A stretch of DNA of 35,754 nt from Bradyrhizobiaceae bacterium (GTDB taxonomy: Bacteria > Pseudomonadota > Alphaproteobacteria > Rhizobiales > Xanthobacteraceae), in the NCBI GenBank assembly GCA_044508545.1, contig JBIQHO010000001.1, positions 1-35,754 on the forward strand, given 5' to 3'. A model generated the notes under the pieces. The model was given only the letters and a program-made list of their open reading frames with translations, did not search any database and was not told the origin of the DNA. Made by a program: the position numbers and the translations under genes. Below, one piece after another: positions 17,175 to 28,874 of the stretch (positions within the stretch are counted from its first letter, which is position 1; each line of letters begins with the position of its first letter).

Positions 17175-18206
17175 ATGTTTCAGAATACGCGAAAGATGCG
17201 TGGGGATTCCCCCGTCGCGGTGATCGGTGCGGGCATTGCCGGCGCATGGCAGGCATTGCTGTTCGCCAAGGCAGGACGCGCCGTCACGCTTCACGAACGC
17301 GGCAACGACGCCATGACGCAGGCCACCAGCCACTGGGCGGGCGGCATGCTGGCGCCGTGGTGCGAATCCGAGGCGTCCGAACCCCTGATCACCCGTCTCG
17401 GCCTGCGCTCGCTGGCGCTGTGGCGCGAGCATGTTCCGAATACCCCCTTCAACGGATCCCTGGTGGTGGCGCATCCGCGCGACCGCTCCGACTTCGAGCG
17501 TTTCGCGCGCATCACGTCCGGACACCGGCGCATTCAGGCGGATGACGTGAGCAGCCTCGAGCCGTCGCTGGACGGGCGGTTTCACGAAGCACTGTTCTTT
17601 CCGGACGAAGGCCATGTCGAGCCGCGCCGCGTATTGCCTGAACTGCACACGCGCATCCGCGCCGCCGGCGGCCGGATCGAATTCGGCAGCGCGATTGAAC
17701 CCGCCGACATCGAGGGACTCGTAAGCGAAGGTCTTGCGATCGATTGCCGCGGCCTCGCTGCCCGCGATGCGTTGCCGGATCTGCGCGGCGTCAAGGGCGA
17801 GATGGTGATCGTCGAAACCGGCGAGATCGCGCTGTCGCGCCCGGTGCGGCTCCTTCATCCGCGCTGGCCGCTCTACATCATTCCGCGCGAGGGCAACCGC
17901 TTCATGATCGGCGCCACCTCGATCGAGCGCGAGGACGACGGCGTCAGCGTGCGTTCCGCACTGGAACTGCTCAGTGCGGCTTACGCCGTGCATCCAGCTT
18001 TCGGCGAGGCGCGGATCGTGGAGATCGGCTCAGGTCTGCGCCCTGCGTTTCCCGACAACCTGCCGCGCATCGCGATCGACAAGGACCGTATCGCCGTCAA
18101 CGGGCTTTACCGTCATGGCTTTCTGCTGGCGCCGGCGCTTGCTGAACTGACGCTCGGCTACGTCGCGCGCGGCGAGATCGACAACGAGGTGATGCAATGC
18201 GGGTAA
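17175..18206 (+). CDS. thiO: Glycine oxidase ThiO
   Basis: GAGIAG FAD motif, AGGML, GVKGE, GLRP, NGLYRHGFLLAP; operon context. Confidence 0.95.
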   Translation: MFQNTRKMRGDSPVAVIGAGIAGAWQALLFAKAGRAVTLHERGNDAMTQATSHWAGGMLAPWCESEASEPLITRLGLRSLALWREHVPNTPFNGSLVVAHPRDRSDFERFARITSGHRRIQADDVSSLEPSLDGRFHEALFFPDEGHVEPRRVLPELHTRIRAAGGRIEFGSAIEPADIEGLVSEGLAIDCRGLAARDALPDLRGVKGEMVIVETGEIALSRPVRLLHPRWPLYIIPREGNRFMIGATSIEREDDGVSVRSALELLSAAYAVHPAFGEARIVEIGSGLRPAFPDNLPRIAIDKDRIAVNGLYRHGFLLAPALAELTLGYVARGEIDNEVMQCG

Positions 18207-18210
18207 CGTC

Positions 18211-18408
18211 ATGCAGGTGACCGTCAATGGCGAACGGCGCGAGATCGCGGCGCAGACAGTCGATGCGCTGCTGAACGAACTTGCCTACGAGGGCACGCAT
18301 GTCGCGATCGCCGTCAACTTCGAGGTGCTGCCGAAAAGCCGATGGGAGGACGCGATTCTGAAAAGCGGCGACGAGATCGAGATCATCACACCGCGGCAGG
18401 GAGGGTGA
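18211..18408 (+). CDS. thiS: Sulfur carrier protein ThiS
   Basis: 65 aa, VNGE N-terminus, C-terminal GG. Confidence 0.97.
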   Translation: MQVTVNGERREIAAQTVDALLNELAYEGTHVAIAVNFEVLPKSRWEDAILKSGDEIEIITPRQGG

Positions 18409-18437
18409 GCGATGAGTCTCCTTATCGCAAACGAGTA

Positions 18438-18569
18438 TGCCCGCTCCCCTACCCTCCCCCGCAAGCGGGAGAGGGAGCGTGCTTCGTTCCTTCTTCACCT
18501 CTCCCGCTTGCGGAGGAGGTCGACGCGCTCGGCAACGCACTTGCGCGCCGGAGCGCGGCAGGTGGGGGC
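18438..18569. repeat. Inverted pair of REP/RIME-like palindromes
   Basis: CCCTCCCCCGCAAGCGGGAGAGGG followed by the reverse-oriented CCTCTCCCGCTTGCGGAGGAGG...GGTGGGGGC in the thiS-thiG gap. Confidence 0.75.
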
Positions 18570-18602
18570 GGCGACCTTTCGTGATGAAAGGGCATTTACA
18601 GA

Positions 18603-19385
18603 ATGCTGAATTTCTACGACAAAACTTTCAACTCCCGCCTGCTGATCGGCACCGCGCTGTATCCGTCGCCGAAGATCATGCAGGACGCGATCCGCGCTGC
18701 CGGCAGCCAGATCGTCACGGTCTCGCTGCGGCGGGAGACTGCGGGCGGCAAGACCGGCGACGCATTCTGGTCGCTGATCCGCGAACTCGATGTCCTGGTG
18801 CTGCCGAACACCGCCGGCTGCCGCAGCGTGCGCGAAGCCGTCACCACGGCGAAACTCGCGCGCGAGTTGTTCGGCACGTCGTGGATCAAGCTCGAGGTGA
18901 TCGCCGACAACGACACGCTGCAACCCGACGTCGTCGGCCTGGTCGAAGCCGCGTCGATCCTGATCAAGGATGGTTTCGAGGTGTTTCCCTACTGCACCGA
19001 GGACCTCAGCGTCGCGGTGCGGCTGGTCGAGGCCGGCTGCAAGGTGGTGATGCCGTGGGCCGCGCCGATCGGCAGCGCGAAAGGCATCACCAATCGCGAC
19101 GCCTTGCGGCTGCTGCGCGAGCGGCTGCCCGATATCACGCTCGTCGTCGATGCCGGGATCGGCGCTCCCAGCCACGCGGCGCAGGCGCTCGAACTCGGCT
19201 ACGATGCGGTGCTCCTGAACACCGCCGTGGCCAAGGCCGTCGATCCGGTGGCGATGGCCGGCGCGTTCAGGCTCGCGGTCGAAGCCGGCCGCGGCGCATA
19301 TGAGGCGGGCCTGATGGAGGCCCGCGACTTCGCCTCCCCGTCAACCCCCGTGGTAGGGACACCGTTCTGGCATGCCGTATCCTGA
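18603..19385 (+). CDS. thiG: Thiazole synthase ThiG
   Basis: [38 protein letters not shown]. Confidence 0.98.
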   Translation: MLNFYDKTFNSRLLIGTALYPSPKIMQDAIRAAGSQIVTVSLRRETAGGKTGDAFWSLIRELDVLVLPNTAGCRSVREAVTTAKLARELFGTSWIKLEVIADNDTLQPDVVGLVEAASILIKDGFEVFPYCTEDLSVAVRLVEAGCKVVMPWAAPIGSAKGITNRDALRLLRERLPDITLVVDAGIGAPSHAAQALELGYDAVLLNTAVAKAVDPVAMAGAFRLAVEAGRGAYEAGLMEARDFASPSTPVVGTPFWHAVS

Positions 19386-19980
19386 TCGGTTCTATCCTGT
19401 CGTCGATACGCTGGACTGGGTGCGCCGCCTCACCAAGCTCGGCGTCGGCACGGTGCAACTGCGCGCGAAAGACCTCGACGACGGCGTGGCGCTGCAGCTC
19501 GTCAGCGACGCGCTGGAGATCGTCAGGGGCACGCCGACGCGGCTCGTGGTCAACGACTACTGGCGCGCGGCGATCGTCGCCGGCGCGAAGCATGTCCATC
19601 TCGGCCAGGAGGATCTGGCCGAGGCGGACGTCGGCGAAATTCGTAAAGCCGGGCTGACGCTCGGCCTTTCCACCCACGACGATACTGAGCTCGAAACCGC
19701 GCTGGCGGCCGAACCGGACTATGTCGCGCTCGGCCCGATTTTCCCGACCACGCTGAAATCGATGCGCTTCGCGCCGCAGGGCATTGCGAAAATCGCCGAA
19801 TGGAAGAAGCGCGTCGGCAACATCCCGCTGGTTGCCATCGGCGGCATCAAGCTCGAACAGGCGCAAGCGATTTATGCCGCCGGCGCGGATTCCATCGCCG
19901 TGGTCAGCGACGTAACGCAGAACCCGGACCCCGACGCACGGGTGAAAGCGTGGCTCGAACAGGTGACTGAAGCCGCATGA
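19372..19980 (+). CDS. thiE: Thiamine-phosphate synthase ThiE
   Basis: [34 protein letters not shown]. Confidence 0.97.
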   Translation: MPYPDRFYPVVDTLDWVRRLTKLGVGTVQLRAKDLDDGVALQLVSDALEIVRGTPTRLVVNDYWRAAIVAGAKHVHLGQEDLAEADVGEIRKAGLTLGLSTHDDTELETALAAEPDYVALGPIFPTTLKSMRFAPQGIAKIAEWKKRVGNIPLVAIGGIKLEQAQAIYAAGADSIAVVSDVTQNPDPDARVKAWLEQVTEAA

Positions 19981-19989
19981 GGTGCCGTC

Positions 19990-22341
<2,352 letters not shown>

Positions 22342-22342
<1 letters not shown>

Positions 22343-22851
22343 TGATCCCTTCGGATAAGCTTCCAGACTTACTGCAAGAAAATTTGAAAGCTATTTTTGT
22401 CGGAACCGCTGCAAGTACTGTCTCCGCGGCTGCGGGGCATTATTACGCGCATCCGGGCAACAGATTCTGGAACACGTTATATGAGGTGGGCATCACCCCT
22501 CGCCAGTTCAAACCGAATGAGTATCAGCAACTGCGTCAACTCGGAATCGGTTTAACCGACCTGTGCAAGATTGATGCTGGCTCCGATCATCAACTCGCAA
22601 GCGAACAATTTGATGTAGATTCCTTTCGTCAAAAAATCAGACGGCATCGTCCAAAAAGCATTGCATTCACCAGCAAGAAAGCTGCCAGCGTGTTTCTTGG
22701 ATGCCGCACCCATCAAATTTCGCTCGGTCGCCAACCTGCCTCCGCAACAGGCCTTCCTGAAATTTTTGTTTTAACCTCGACTTCTGGAGCCGCATCAAGC
22801 CATTGGAGCGCGGCACCTTGGCATGAGCTTGCCCATTGGATTAAGATGTAA
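22342..22851 (+). CDS. mug: Mismatch-specific uracil-DNA glycosylase (MUG/TDG family)
   Basis: LPDLLQENLKAIFVGTAAS..GHYYAHPGNRFW..GIGLTDLCK..LTSTSG. ATG overlaps the thiC TGA. Visibly more AT-rich than the flanking genes. Confidence 0.88.
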
Positions 22852-22857
22852 GTCTCC

Positions 22858-23451
22858 ATGATCCCCAAATCCCGCCTCGATGCGCTGACCGACGGCGTGT
22901 TCAGCGTCGCGATGACGCTGCTGGTGATCGACCTGCGGCTGCCGGAGACATTTCACCCGCAGAGCGCCGCGGACCTGCTGCATCGTATCGTCGAGCTCGG
23001 CAGCCAACTGCTCGTCTATGTCATCAGCTTCTATGTGCTGGCGCTGCGCTGGACCGGCATGGTGAAGCTGGCGCCGCGCGGCGAGGAGGTCAGCGAGGCC
23101 TACACCAAATGGGCGATGCTGCATCTTCTGCTCATCACGCTGGTGCCGTTCACGACGATGTTGATTGGCCGTTACCCGACGCTGGCGCCTGCCGTGTGGT
23201 TCTATGCGGCGAACACCGTAGCCTTCGCGCTTGTGGCGGCACGCATGATCACGTTGTGCGAACACCACACCTCGGAAACGCGCAAGGTCGAGGACCGAAT
23301 CGGCTTGAGCATGCTGATCGCATCTGCCGTCGCCGCTGTTCTCATTAGCCTCCTCGAGCCGAAATGGGCGCTGCTCGGCTTCGTGCTAAATTCGTTGGAT
23401 ACGCCCCTTCGGAGGCTCGTCAATCGGCGCGCCAAGCCCGGACGCGGATAA
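22858..23451 (+). CDS. TMEM175-family (DUF1211) membrane protein / K+ channel
   Basis: SRLDALTDGVFSVAMTLLVIDL helix-1 signature, YVISF..W, LVPFTT, six TM segments. Confidence 0.88.
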   Translation: MIPKSRLDALTDGVFSVAMTLLVIDLRLPETFHPQSAADLLHRIVELGSQLLVYVISFYVLALRWTGMVKLAPRGEEVSEAYTKWAMLHLLLITLVPFTTMLIGRYPTLAPAVWFYAANTVAFALVAARMITLCEHHTSETRKVEDRIGLSMLIASAVAAVLISLLEPKWALLGFVLNSLDTPLRRLVNRRAKPGRG

Positions 23452-23507
23452 GCGATATCCGGGACCAAGGTTGACAATCCGCATGTCGCTTCGCTCATGC
23501 GGGCCAC
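23433..23507. repeat. Degenerate inverted REP doublet (GTAG-like family)
   Basis: AGCCCGGACGCGGATAAGCGATATCCGGG ... CCGCATGTCGCTTCGCTCATGCGGGCCAC; overlaps the TMEM175 stop. Confidence 0.6.
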
Positions 23508-23625
23508 TCGCCCCAGAAAGGGTAACACTGACGGAGGGGTTCCCGGCGCTTGCAACAAGCGCGAACCTTTTGCAATCTGCCGCAACAAAATGCGGGGATC
23601 GTCAGCATCGCGAGGAAGAAGAACC

Positions 23626-24573
23626 ATGACGCCGTTTCGGGCGATTGCCCCGTTGTCCGCCATAGCCTTCGGCCTTTCCCTCACCTCCGCCGCTGCGCAA
23701 GACAAGACGTCCTTCTCGCCGCCGCCCTCGCAACTCATCGAAAAGCTCAACGCCTATGTCGGCTGCATCAACCGCCTGTCGGAGCGGTCGCATGAGTCAC
23801 GCAACCGCTATTTCTCCTGGGCGAAGAAGACCGGACCGACCGGCAAGGAGCGCATCATCTACGGCACCTACACCATCTACGACACGTCGGATTGCAGAAA
23901 GAACGTCGAGAAGACCAATCCGCTGGAGCCGCGCGACGCCGACCTCGAGGCCGCTGCTTCCGCCTACGCCGAAGCTGTCGGCACACTCGAGCCGCTTCTG
24001 AAGGAGGCCGACGAGTATTACGAGCAGGAGAACTACAAGGACGACAAGATGGCCAAGGGCAAGGCGCTGCATCCGCGCCTGGTCGCGGCGTGGGATGCAT
24101 TCGCGAGCGCCGACAAGAAGCTGCGCACGGGGGTCGAGACCATCAAGGACAGGCAGGCGGCGGAACAACTCGCCGCGATCGAGGCGAAGGAAGGCCGCAA
24201 GGTGCGCTATCATGTCGAGGCGCTGATGATCCACGCCAAACGCTTGCTGCGCGCCGAGGACGCCGACAAGCCGGACATCGCGGCGATCACGGCGGCGCTG
24301 GGCGAATATGAGGCCGCGGTGAAGGCGGCCGAAGAGGCCTCGGGCAAGAACGGCGACGCGAAACTCGGCTCGTTCTTCCTGAACAACGCCAAGTCATATC
24401 TCACTGCGGCGAAGCAACTGATGCGTCGCATCCGCGACAAGGTGCCCTACAGCCAGGGCGACCGCATGATGCTCGGTGGCGGCGGCGGCTGGATGGTCGA
24501 AGGCTCGCCGCCGCGGCTGCTCCGCGACTACAACCAGTTGATCGAAAGCTACAACCGCGGCGTCACCATCTGA
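23626..24573 (+). CDS. YiiG/DUF3829-like exported helical protein
   Basis: GAGGAAG RBS, signal peptide AAA-Q, KLNAYVGCIN and YYEQENYKDDKMAKGKALHP motifs. Confidence 0.82.
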   Translation: MTPFRAIAPLSAIAFGLSLTSAAAQDKTSFSPPPSQLIEKLNAYVGCINRLSERSHESRNRYFSWAKKTGPTGKERIIYGTYTIYDTSDCRKNVEKTNPLEPRDADLEAAASAYAEAVGTLEPLLKEADEYYEQENYKDDKMAKGKALHPRLVAAWDAFASADKKLRTGVETIKDRQAAEQLAAIEAKEGRKVRYHVEALMIHAKRLLRAEDADKPDIAAITAALGEYEAAVKAAEEASGKNGDAKLGSFFLNNAKSYLTAAKQLMRRIRDKVPYSQGDRMMLGGGGGWMVEGSPPRLLRDYNQLIESYNRGVTI

Positions 24574-24632
24574 GCCGGCCGCGAACGTTCCGCGCCGGGG
24601 CGTCATCTGTGTGTTGACGCGCGCCCGCGTCG

Positions 24633-25067
24633 CTATCGCATCGTGATCGCAAGGCCGGAGAGATCGGCGTTGGCCATGAGGCCGAACTGGCGGCCGGACA
24701 GTTCCAGCACCGCGCCCTTCTGGTTGCTCAGCACGATGGCGCGGGCGCCGCCGCCGATGGCAAGGCCAGCGCCGGCTGCTCCATAAACGCCGGCGACATC
24801 CGAAGGACGATTGATGCGGCTGACACGTCCGTGCAGCACGGTCTTCGATCCTCCGAACACCAGGCCATAATCCAGGCCGCCGATCGAGAGCGGATAGCGC
24901 CGGCCGTGAAAGGTGAGCGTGCCGCCGCCGCCGGACGCACCGATGATCCAGCCGCCTTTATAGATCGTCAGCGTCACCGTGCCGCTGTCGGCGCGGGCTG
25001 TGGAGCACAGGCCAAGGCAGACGGCCAGCGCGATCAAAACAGCGCGAAGCCGGGATGTTGACGGCAT
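24633..25067 (-). CDS. Exported glycine-rich beta protein (DUF1134/EipA-like)
   Basis: GGAGA RBS, signal peptide ARA-D, GGGTLTFHGRRYPLSIGG..DVAGVYGAAGAG..LSNQKGAVL. Confidence 0.8.
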   Translation of the reverse strand: MPSTSRLRAVLIALAVCLGLCSTARADSGTVTLTIYKGGWIIGASGGGGTLTFHGRRYPLSIGGLDYGLVFGGSKTVLHGRVSRINRPSDVAGVYGAAGAGLAIGGGARAIVLSNQKGAVLELSGRQFGLMANADLSGLAITMR

Positions 25068-25344
25068 GGGAGCGTTCTCCGGAGTTCGAAGGAAGGACAT
25101 GATTCGGACGGCTCGCAAGCGTAAGGACCGTTCGCAGCAATCGCAATCCGCCCAGGCGTTGCGATCCATCTGGCCAACGAAACGATTCGCCCTCGCATGA
25201 CGCAATCGAGGCTTGCGATAACCGGAAACACAATTCGCGTTAAATTCCGTTTCGCATAACACATTCTACTGTTACGCGCATTTTCTCTGCGAAACTGCGC
25301 ACTTTTCCCTGGTTTTGCAGCTTACTCGGGGATCACATCAATTG

Positions 25345-25365
25345 TTAAGAATCTGGTAACCAGAT
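25345..25365. promoter_or_regulatory. CtrA-like box with an overlapping dyad
   Basis: TTAA-N7-GTAA (1 mismatch to TTAA-N7-TTAA); ATCTGGT-A-ACCAGAT at 25351-25365. Confidence 0.4.
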
Positions 25366-25438
25366 CATTAGCCATATGGCCGGGGGACGGGGGTCTCAAT
25401 CCAGTCGGCTTCCTTGGGAAGCAGCTTCGGAGGGACTG

Positions 25439-25693
25439 ATGACCCAGGATTTGCAAACCGGAGCGCAACGCCCGCAGCAGGATCAGGCTAAGCTCACGCC
25501 GGATGCGGTGATTCCGCTGTTGGTCGGCGCCACGGTCACCGAAGTCGAACGGGAGCTTGTGTTGCAGACGCTGGCGCGTTGCGACGGCAACCGCACGCGC
25601 GCCGCAAGGGTGCTCGGCGTATCGGTGCGCACGCTGCGCAACAAGATCCGGCAGTATGAAGCCATGGGGCTGGACGTGCCCGATCACGGCTGA
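25439..25693 (+). CDS. Stand-alone Fis-type HTH protein (FlbD C-terminus-like), 84 aa
   Basis: GGAGGG RBS; LVGATVTEVERELVLQTLARCDGNRTRAARVLGVSVRTLRNKIRQY. Confidence 0.88.
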   Translation: MTQDLQTGAQRPQQDQAKLTPDAVIPLLVGATVTEVERELVLQTLARCDGNRTRAARVLGVSVRTLRNKIRQYEAMGLDVPDHG

Positions 25694-25724
25694 CATTGGC
25701 GGGCGGCCCGATGTTGTCGAGAGC

Positions 25725-25979
25725 CTACCGGCGGCGTTCGCGCGCCCTCGCAGCTTCCACCTCGCGGTTGCGCGCAGGCGCCTGGGTGTGCAACGACGCC
25801 AGCAGATGATGCGCGGCATGTGCGACGTCATGGACGGCGCGGTCAAACGCCGCCTTATTCGCCGCGGACGGCTTGTTGAAACCTGAGACTTTGCGCACGA
25901 ACTGCAGGGCCGAGGCATGAATCTCCTCGTCCGTCGCCGGCGGTTCGAAATTGAACAGCGTTCTGATGTTGCGGCACAT
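25725..25979 (-). CDS. DUF2277 family protein
   Basis: MCRNIRTLFNFEPPATDEEIHASALQFVRKVSGF signature; GGAGG RBS. Confidence 0.92.
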   Translation of the reverse strand: MCRNIRTLFNFEPPATDEEIHASALQFVRKVSGFNKPSAANKAAFDRAVHDVAHAAHHLLASLHTQAPARNREVEAARARERRR

Positions 25980-26082
25980 GAGGCTCGCCTCCGGCTCAGC
26001 CAATCGCGAAGCCGGATCATACCTCGTCATGGCCGGTGCCGCCATCGCGCATCCACGTCGTCAGGATTCACGATGTCAATCG

Positions 26083-26110
26083 CTTGCCGCCGCCGCCATG
26101 CCCTCCTATG
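26083..26110 (+). promoter_or_regulatory. Possible RpoH-type promoter, near-leaderless ptrB
   Basis: CTTG-N18-CCTATG ending about 10 nt before ATG 26120, with no SD. Confidence 0.35.
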
Positions 26111-26119
26111 AACAGCATC

Positions 26120-28228
26120 ATGACATCGACGCCCCCCAAGGCCGAACGGCGGCCGCATCCCTCCACCCATCACGGCATCACCCTGACCGACGACTACGCC
26201 TGGCTGAAGGACGCGAACTGGCAGCAGGTGCTGCGCGAGCCGTCCTTGCTGGCGCCGGATATCCGCGCTCATCTGGAGGCCGAGAACGCCTACTCGAATG
26301 CCTTGCTTGCGCAAACCGAGCCGCTGCAAAAGCAACTCGTCGCCGAAATGCGCGGCCGCATCAAGGAGGACGATTCCACCGTCCCCTCGCCCGATGGACC
26401 CTTCGCCTATTTCGCGAAATACCGCGAGGGCGGCCAGCACCGCATGATCGGGCGGCAGCCGCGCGACGGCGGCGACGCCCGCTTCCTCCTCGATGGCGAT
26501 GCGCTTGCCGAGGGCAAGAAATTCTTCAAGCTCGGTGATGTCAGGCATTCCCCCGACCATCGCCTTGAAGCGTGGAGCGCCGACGACCGCGGCTCGGAAT
26601 ATTTCACGATCCGGATCAGCGACTGGGATGGCGGCGCCGATCTCGCCGACGTGATCGAGGAGAGCGACGGCGGCGTAGTATGGACCGCAGATTCACACGC
26701 GTTCTACTACGTCAAGCTCGACGACAACCATCGCCCGATGCAGGTCTACCGCCACCAGCTCGGTACGCCGCAATCCGACGATGTGCTGGTTTACGAAGAA
26801 CAGGACGCGGGCTGGTTTACGCATATCCATGAAAGCGCGAGCGGCCGCTTCTGCGTCATCGCCGGCGGCGATCATGAAACTTCCGAGCAGCGGCTGATCG
26901 ATCTCTCAAGGCCCGATGAACCGCCGCGCCTGATCGCGGCGCGCGAGGGCGGTGTACAGTATTCCGTCGCCGACCGCGGCGACGAGCTTTTCATCCTCAC
27001 CAACGCCGACGGCGCCATCGACTTCAAGATCGTGACCGCGCCGCTAGCCGCGCCCGAACGCGCCAACTGGCGCGACCTGATCGCGTATCGTCCCGGCACC
27101 TACGTGCTCGATTTTGAGCTTTATTCCGGCCACCTGGCGCGGCTCGAACGCGCCAACGCGCTGCCGTCGATCGTGATCCGCGACCTTGCGACCAGCGAGG
27201 AACACGCGATCGCCTTCGACGAGGCCGCCTATTCGCTCGACACCCACGGCGGCTACGAATTCGACACCACCACCCTGCGCTTCAGCTACTCGTCGATGAC
27301 GACGCCATCTGAGGTGTTCGACTACGACATGGCGAGCCGCGCGCGCACGTTGCGCAAGCGCCAGGAGATTCCGTCAGGACACGATCCTGCAAATTACGTC
27401 ACCACCCGCATCATGGCGAAGGCGAACGACGGGGCCGAGGTACCGGTGTCGATCCTGCATCGCAAGGATTTCGCGCGCAACGGCCGCGCGCCGCTGCTGC
27501 TCTATGGCTACGGCTCCTACGGTCTCGCGATGCCGGCGTCGTTCTCGGCCAACCGATTGTCGCTGGTCGATCGCGGCTTCGTTTATGCCATCGCGCATAT
27601 CCGCGGCGGCACGGACAAGGGCTGGGGCTGGTATCTCGACGGCAAGCGCGAGAAGAAGATCAACAGCTTTGACGATTTCGCCGCTTGCGGCCGCGCGCTG
27701 ATCGCGGCGAATTATACGTCGGCGAAGAACATCGTCGGCCACGGCGGCAGCGCCGGCGGCATGCTGATGGGCGCGGTCGCCAACCGCGCCGGCGAATTGT
27801 TCGCCGGCATCGTCGCGGAGGTGCCGTTCGTCGACGTGCTCAACACCATGCTTGACGACACGCTGCCGCTCACGCCGCCCGAATGGCCGGAGTGGGGCAA
27901 TCCGATCGCGAGCGAGCAGGATTTCCGCACCATCCTGTCCTACTCGCCTTACGAAAACGTCGCGGCGAAAGACTATCCCGCGATCCTCGCCATGGGCGGG
28001 CTGACCGATCCCCGCGTCACCTATTGGGAGCCGGCGAAATGGATCGCGCGGCTGCGCGCCACCATGAAATCAGGCGGCCCCGTTCTGCTGCGGACCAACA
28101 TGGGCGCGGGACACGGCGGCGCCTCCGGCCGCTTCGACCGCCTCGACGAAGTCGCGCTCGCCTATGCCTTCGCGCTGTGGGCGGTAAAATCTGACATGAA
28201 AGCGCGACATCAGTTTGACGCGAATTGA
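26120..28228 (+). CDS. ptrB: Oligopeptidase B (protease II, S9A)
   Basis: DDYAWLKD, YGYGSYG, HIRGG, GGSAGG (Ser), DPRV (Asp), AGHGG (His). Start 26108 or 26120. Confidence 0.96.
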   Translation: MTSTPPKAERRPHPSTHHGITLTDDYAWLKDANWQQVLREPSLLAPDIRAHLEAENAYSNALLAQTEPLQKQLVAEMRGRIKEDDSTVPSPDGPFAYFAKYREGGQHRMIGRQPRDGGDARFLLDGDALAEGKKFFKLGDVRHSPDHRLEAWSADDRGSEYFTIRISDWDGGADLADVIEESDGGVVWTADSHAFYYVKLDDNHRPMQVYRHQLGTPQSDDVLVYEEQDAGWFTHIHESASGRFCVIAGGDHETSEQRLIDLSRPDEPPRLIAAREGGVQYSVADRGDELFILTNADGAIDFKIVTAPLAAPERANWRDLIAYRPGTYVLDFELYSGHLARLERANALPSIVIRDLATSEEHAIAFDEAAYSLDTHGGYEFDTTTLRFSYSSMTTPSEVFDYDMASRARTLRKRQEIPSGHDPANYVTTRIMAKANDGAEVPVSILHRKDFARNGRAPLLLYGYGSYGLAMPASFSANRLSLVDRGFVYAIAHIRGGTDKGWGWYLDGKREKKINSFDDFAACGRALIAANYTSAKNIVGHGGSAGGMLMGAVANRAGELFAGIVAEVPFVDVLNTMLDDTLPLTPPEWPEWGNPIASEQDFRTILSYSPYENVAAKDYPAILAMGGLTDPRVTYWEPAKWIARLRATMKSGGPVLLRTNMGAGHGGASGRFDRLDEVALAYAFALWAVKSDMKARHQFDAN

Positions 28229-28286
28229 TACACGTCGGCGGCCTGATACATTCCTGACAACATCAGGATCGTGAGAGGATCACCAC

Positions 28287-28805
28287 GTGGCAGTTCAAAC
28301 GCGCGGCAAGCAGGGACCGCAGGGGATTCCCGGCATCCAAGGACCGCCGGGACGCCCCGGCGCGCAAGGCAAACCGGGAGCGCGTGGCGCGCCTGGAAAA
28401 CCTGGTCCGGCCGGAAAAACAGGATCGCGGGGCAAGGCCGGTCCTGACGGCAAGCCTGGGGCGGACGGCAAAGCGGGACGCGACGGCAGGCCGGGTGCGG
28501 ATGGCAAGCCGGGCGTGGATGGCAAAACAGGACCGCAGGGGCCCCGCGGCGAACAGGGACCGCCCGGACAACTGCCGTCGATTGAGGAGGTGCTGCCCTG
28601 GATCGAACGGATTGTCGAAGCCTGGAGCGAGTATCAGCGGCGGCAAACCATTGAGGCCGAGCATCGGCTGCTCGCCGAGCAGCAGCGCATCGAGGCCGAG
28701 CGTGCGCTCGCCGAGACCTTGCAGGATAACGACACAGACGATGGAGGACGGAAAAAGAAGAAGAAAGACAAACGCCATCGGCGTAAGGACACCGATGGCG
28801 AATAA
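28287..28805 (+). CDS. Collagen-like protein (30 Gly-X-Y triplets) with helical and polybasic C-terminus
   Basis: GAGAGGA RBS plus GTG; uninterrupted GKQ...GQL repeat, then [18 protein letters not shown] and [12 protein letters not shown]. Confidence 0.9.
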   Translation: MAVQTRGKQGPQGIPGIQGPPGRPGAQGKPGARGAPGKPGPAGKTGSRGKAGPDGKPGADGKAGRDGRPGADGKPGVDGKTGPQGPRGEQGPPGQLPSIEEVLPWIERIVEAWSEYQRRQTIEAEHRLLAEQQRIEAERALAETLQDNDTDDGGRKKKKKDKRHRRKDTDGE

Positions 28806-28874
28806 CAGTCTGGGCAATTCCGGCAAAAGTGCGCGGCGGGTTTTTCCGCCGCCATGGGCGATTCAGCGAACGTC

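Noticed and set aside
18412-18609. 65-aa ORF between thiS and thiG
   Set aside because: It is a translation of the REP-like palindromes and has no protein-like features
26036-26119. N-terminal extension of ptrB (similar extensions on ORFs at 3361, 13915, 23497, 25262 and 33975)
   Set aside because: Longest-ORF artefacts; downstream starts have an RBS, signal peptide or family-typical N-terminus
28287-28805. Phage tail-fibre or prophage remnant explanation for the collagen repeat
   Set aside because: No phage genes, integrase or att-like context; the flanks are ptrB and bfr
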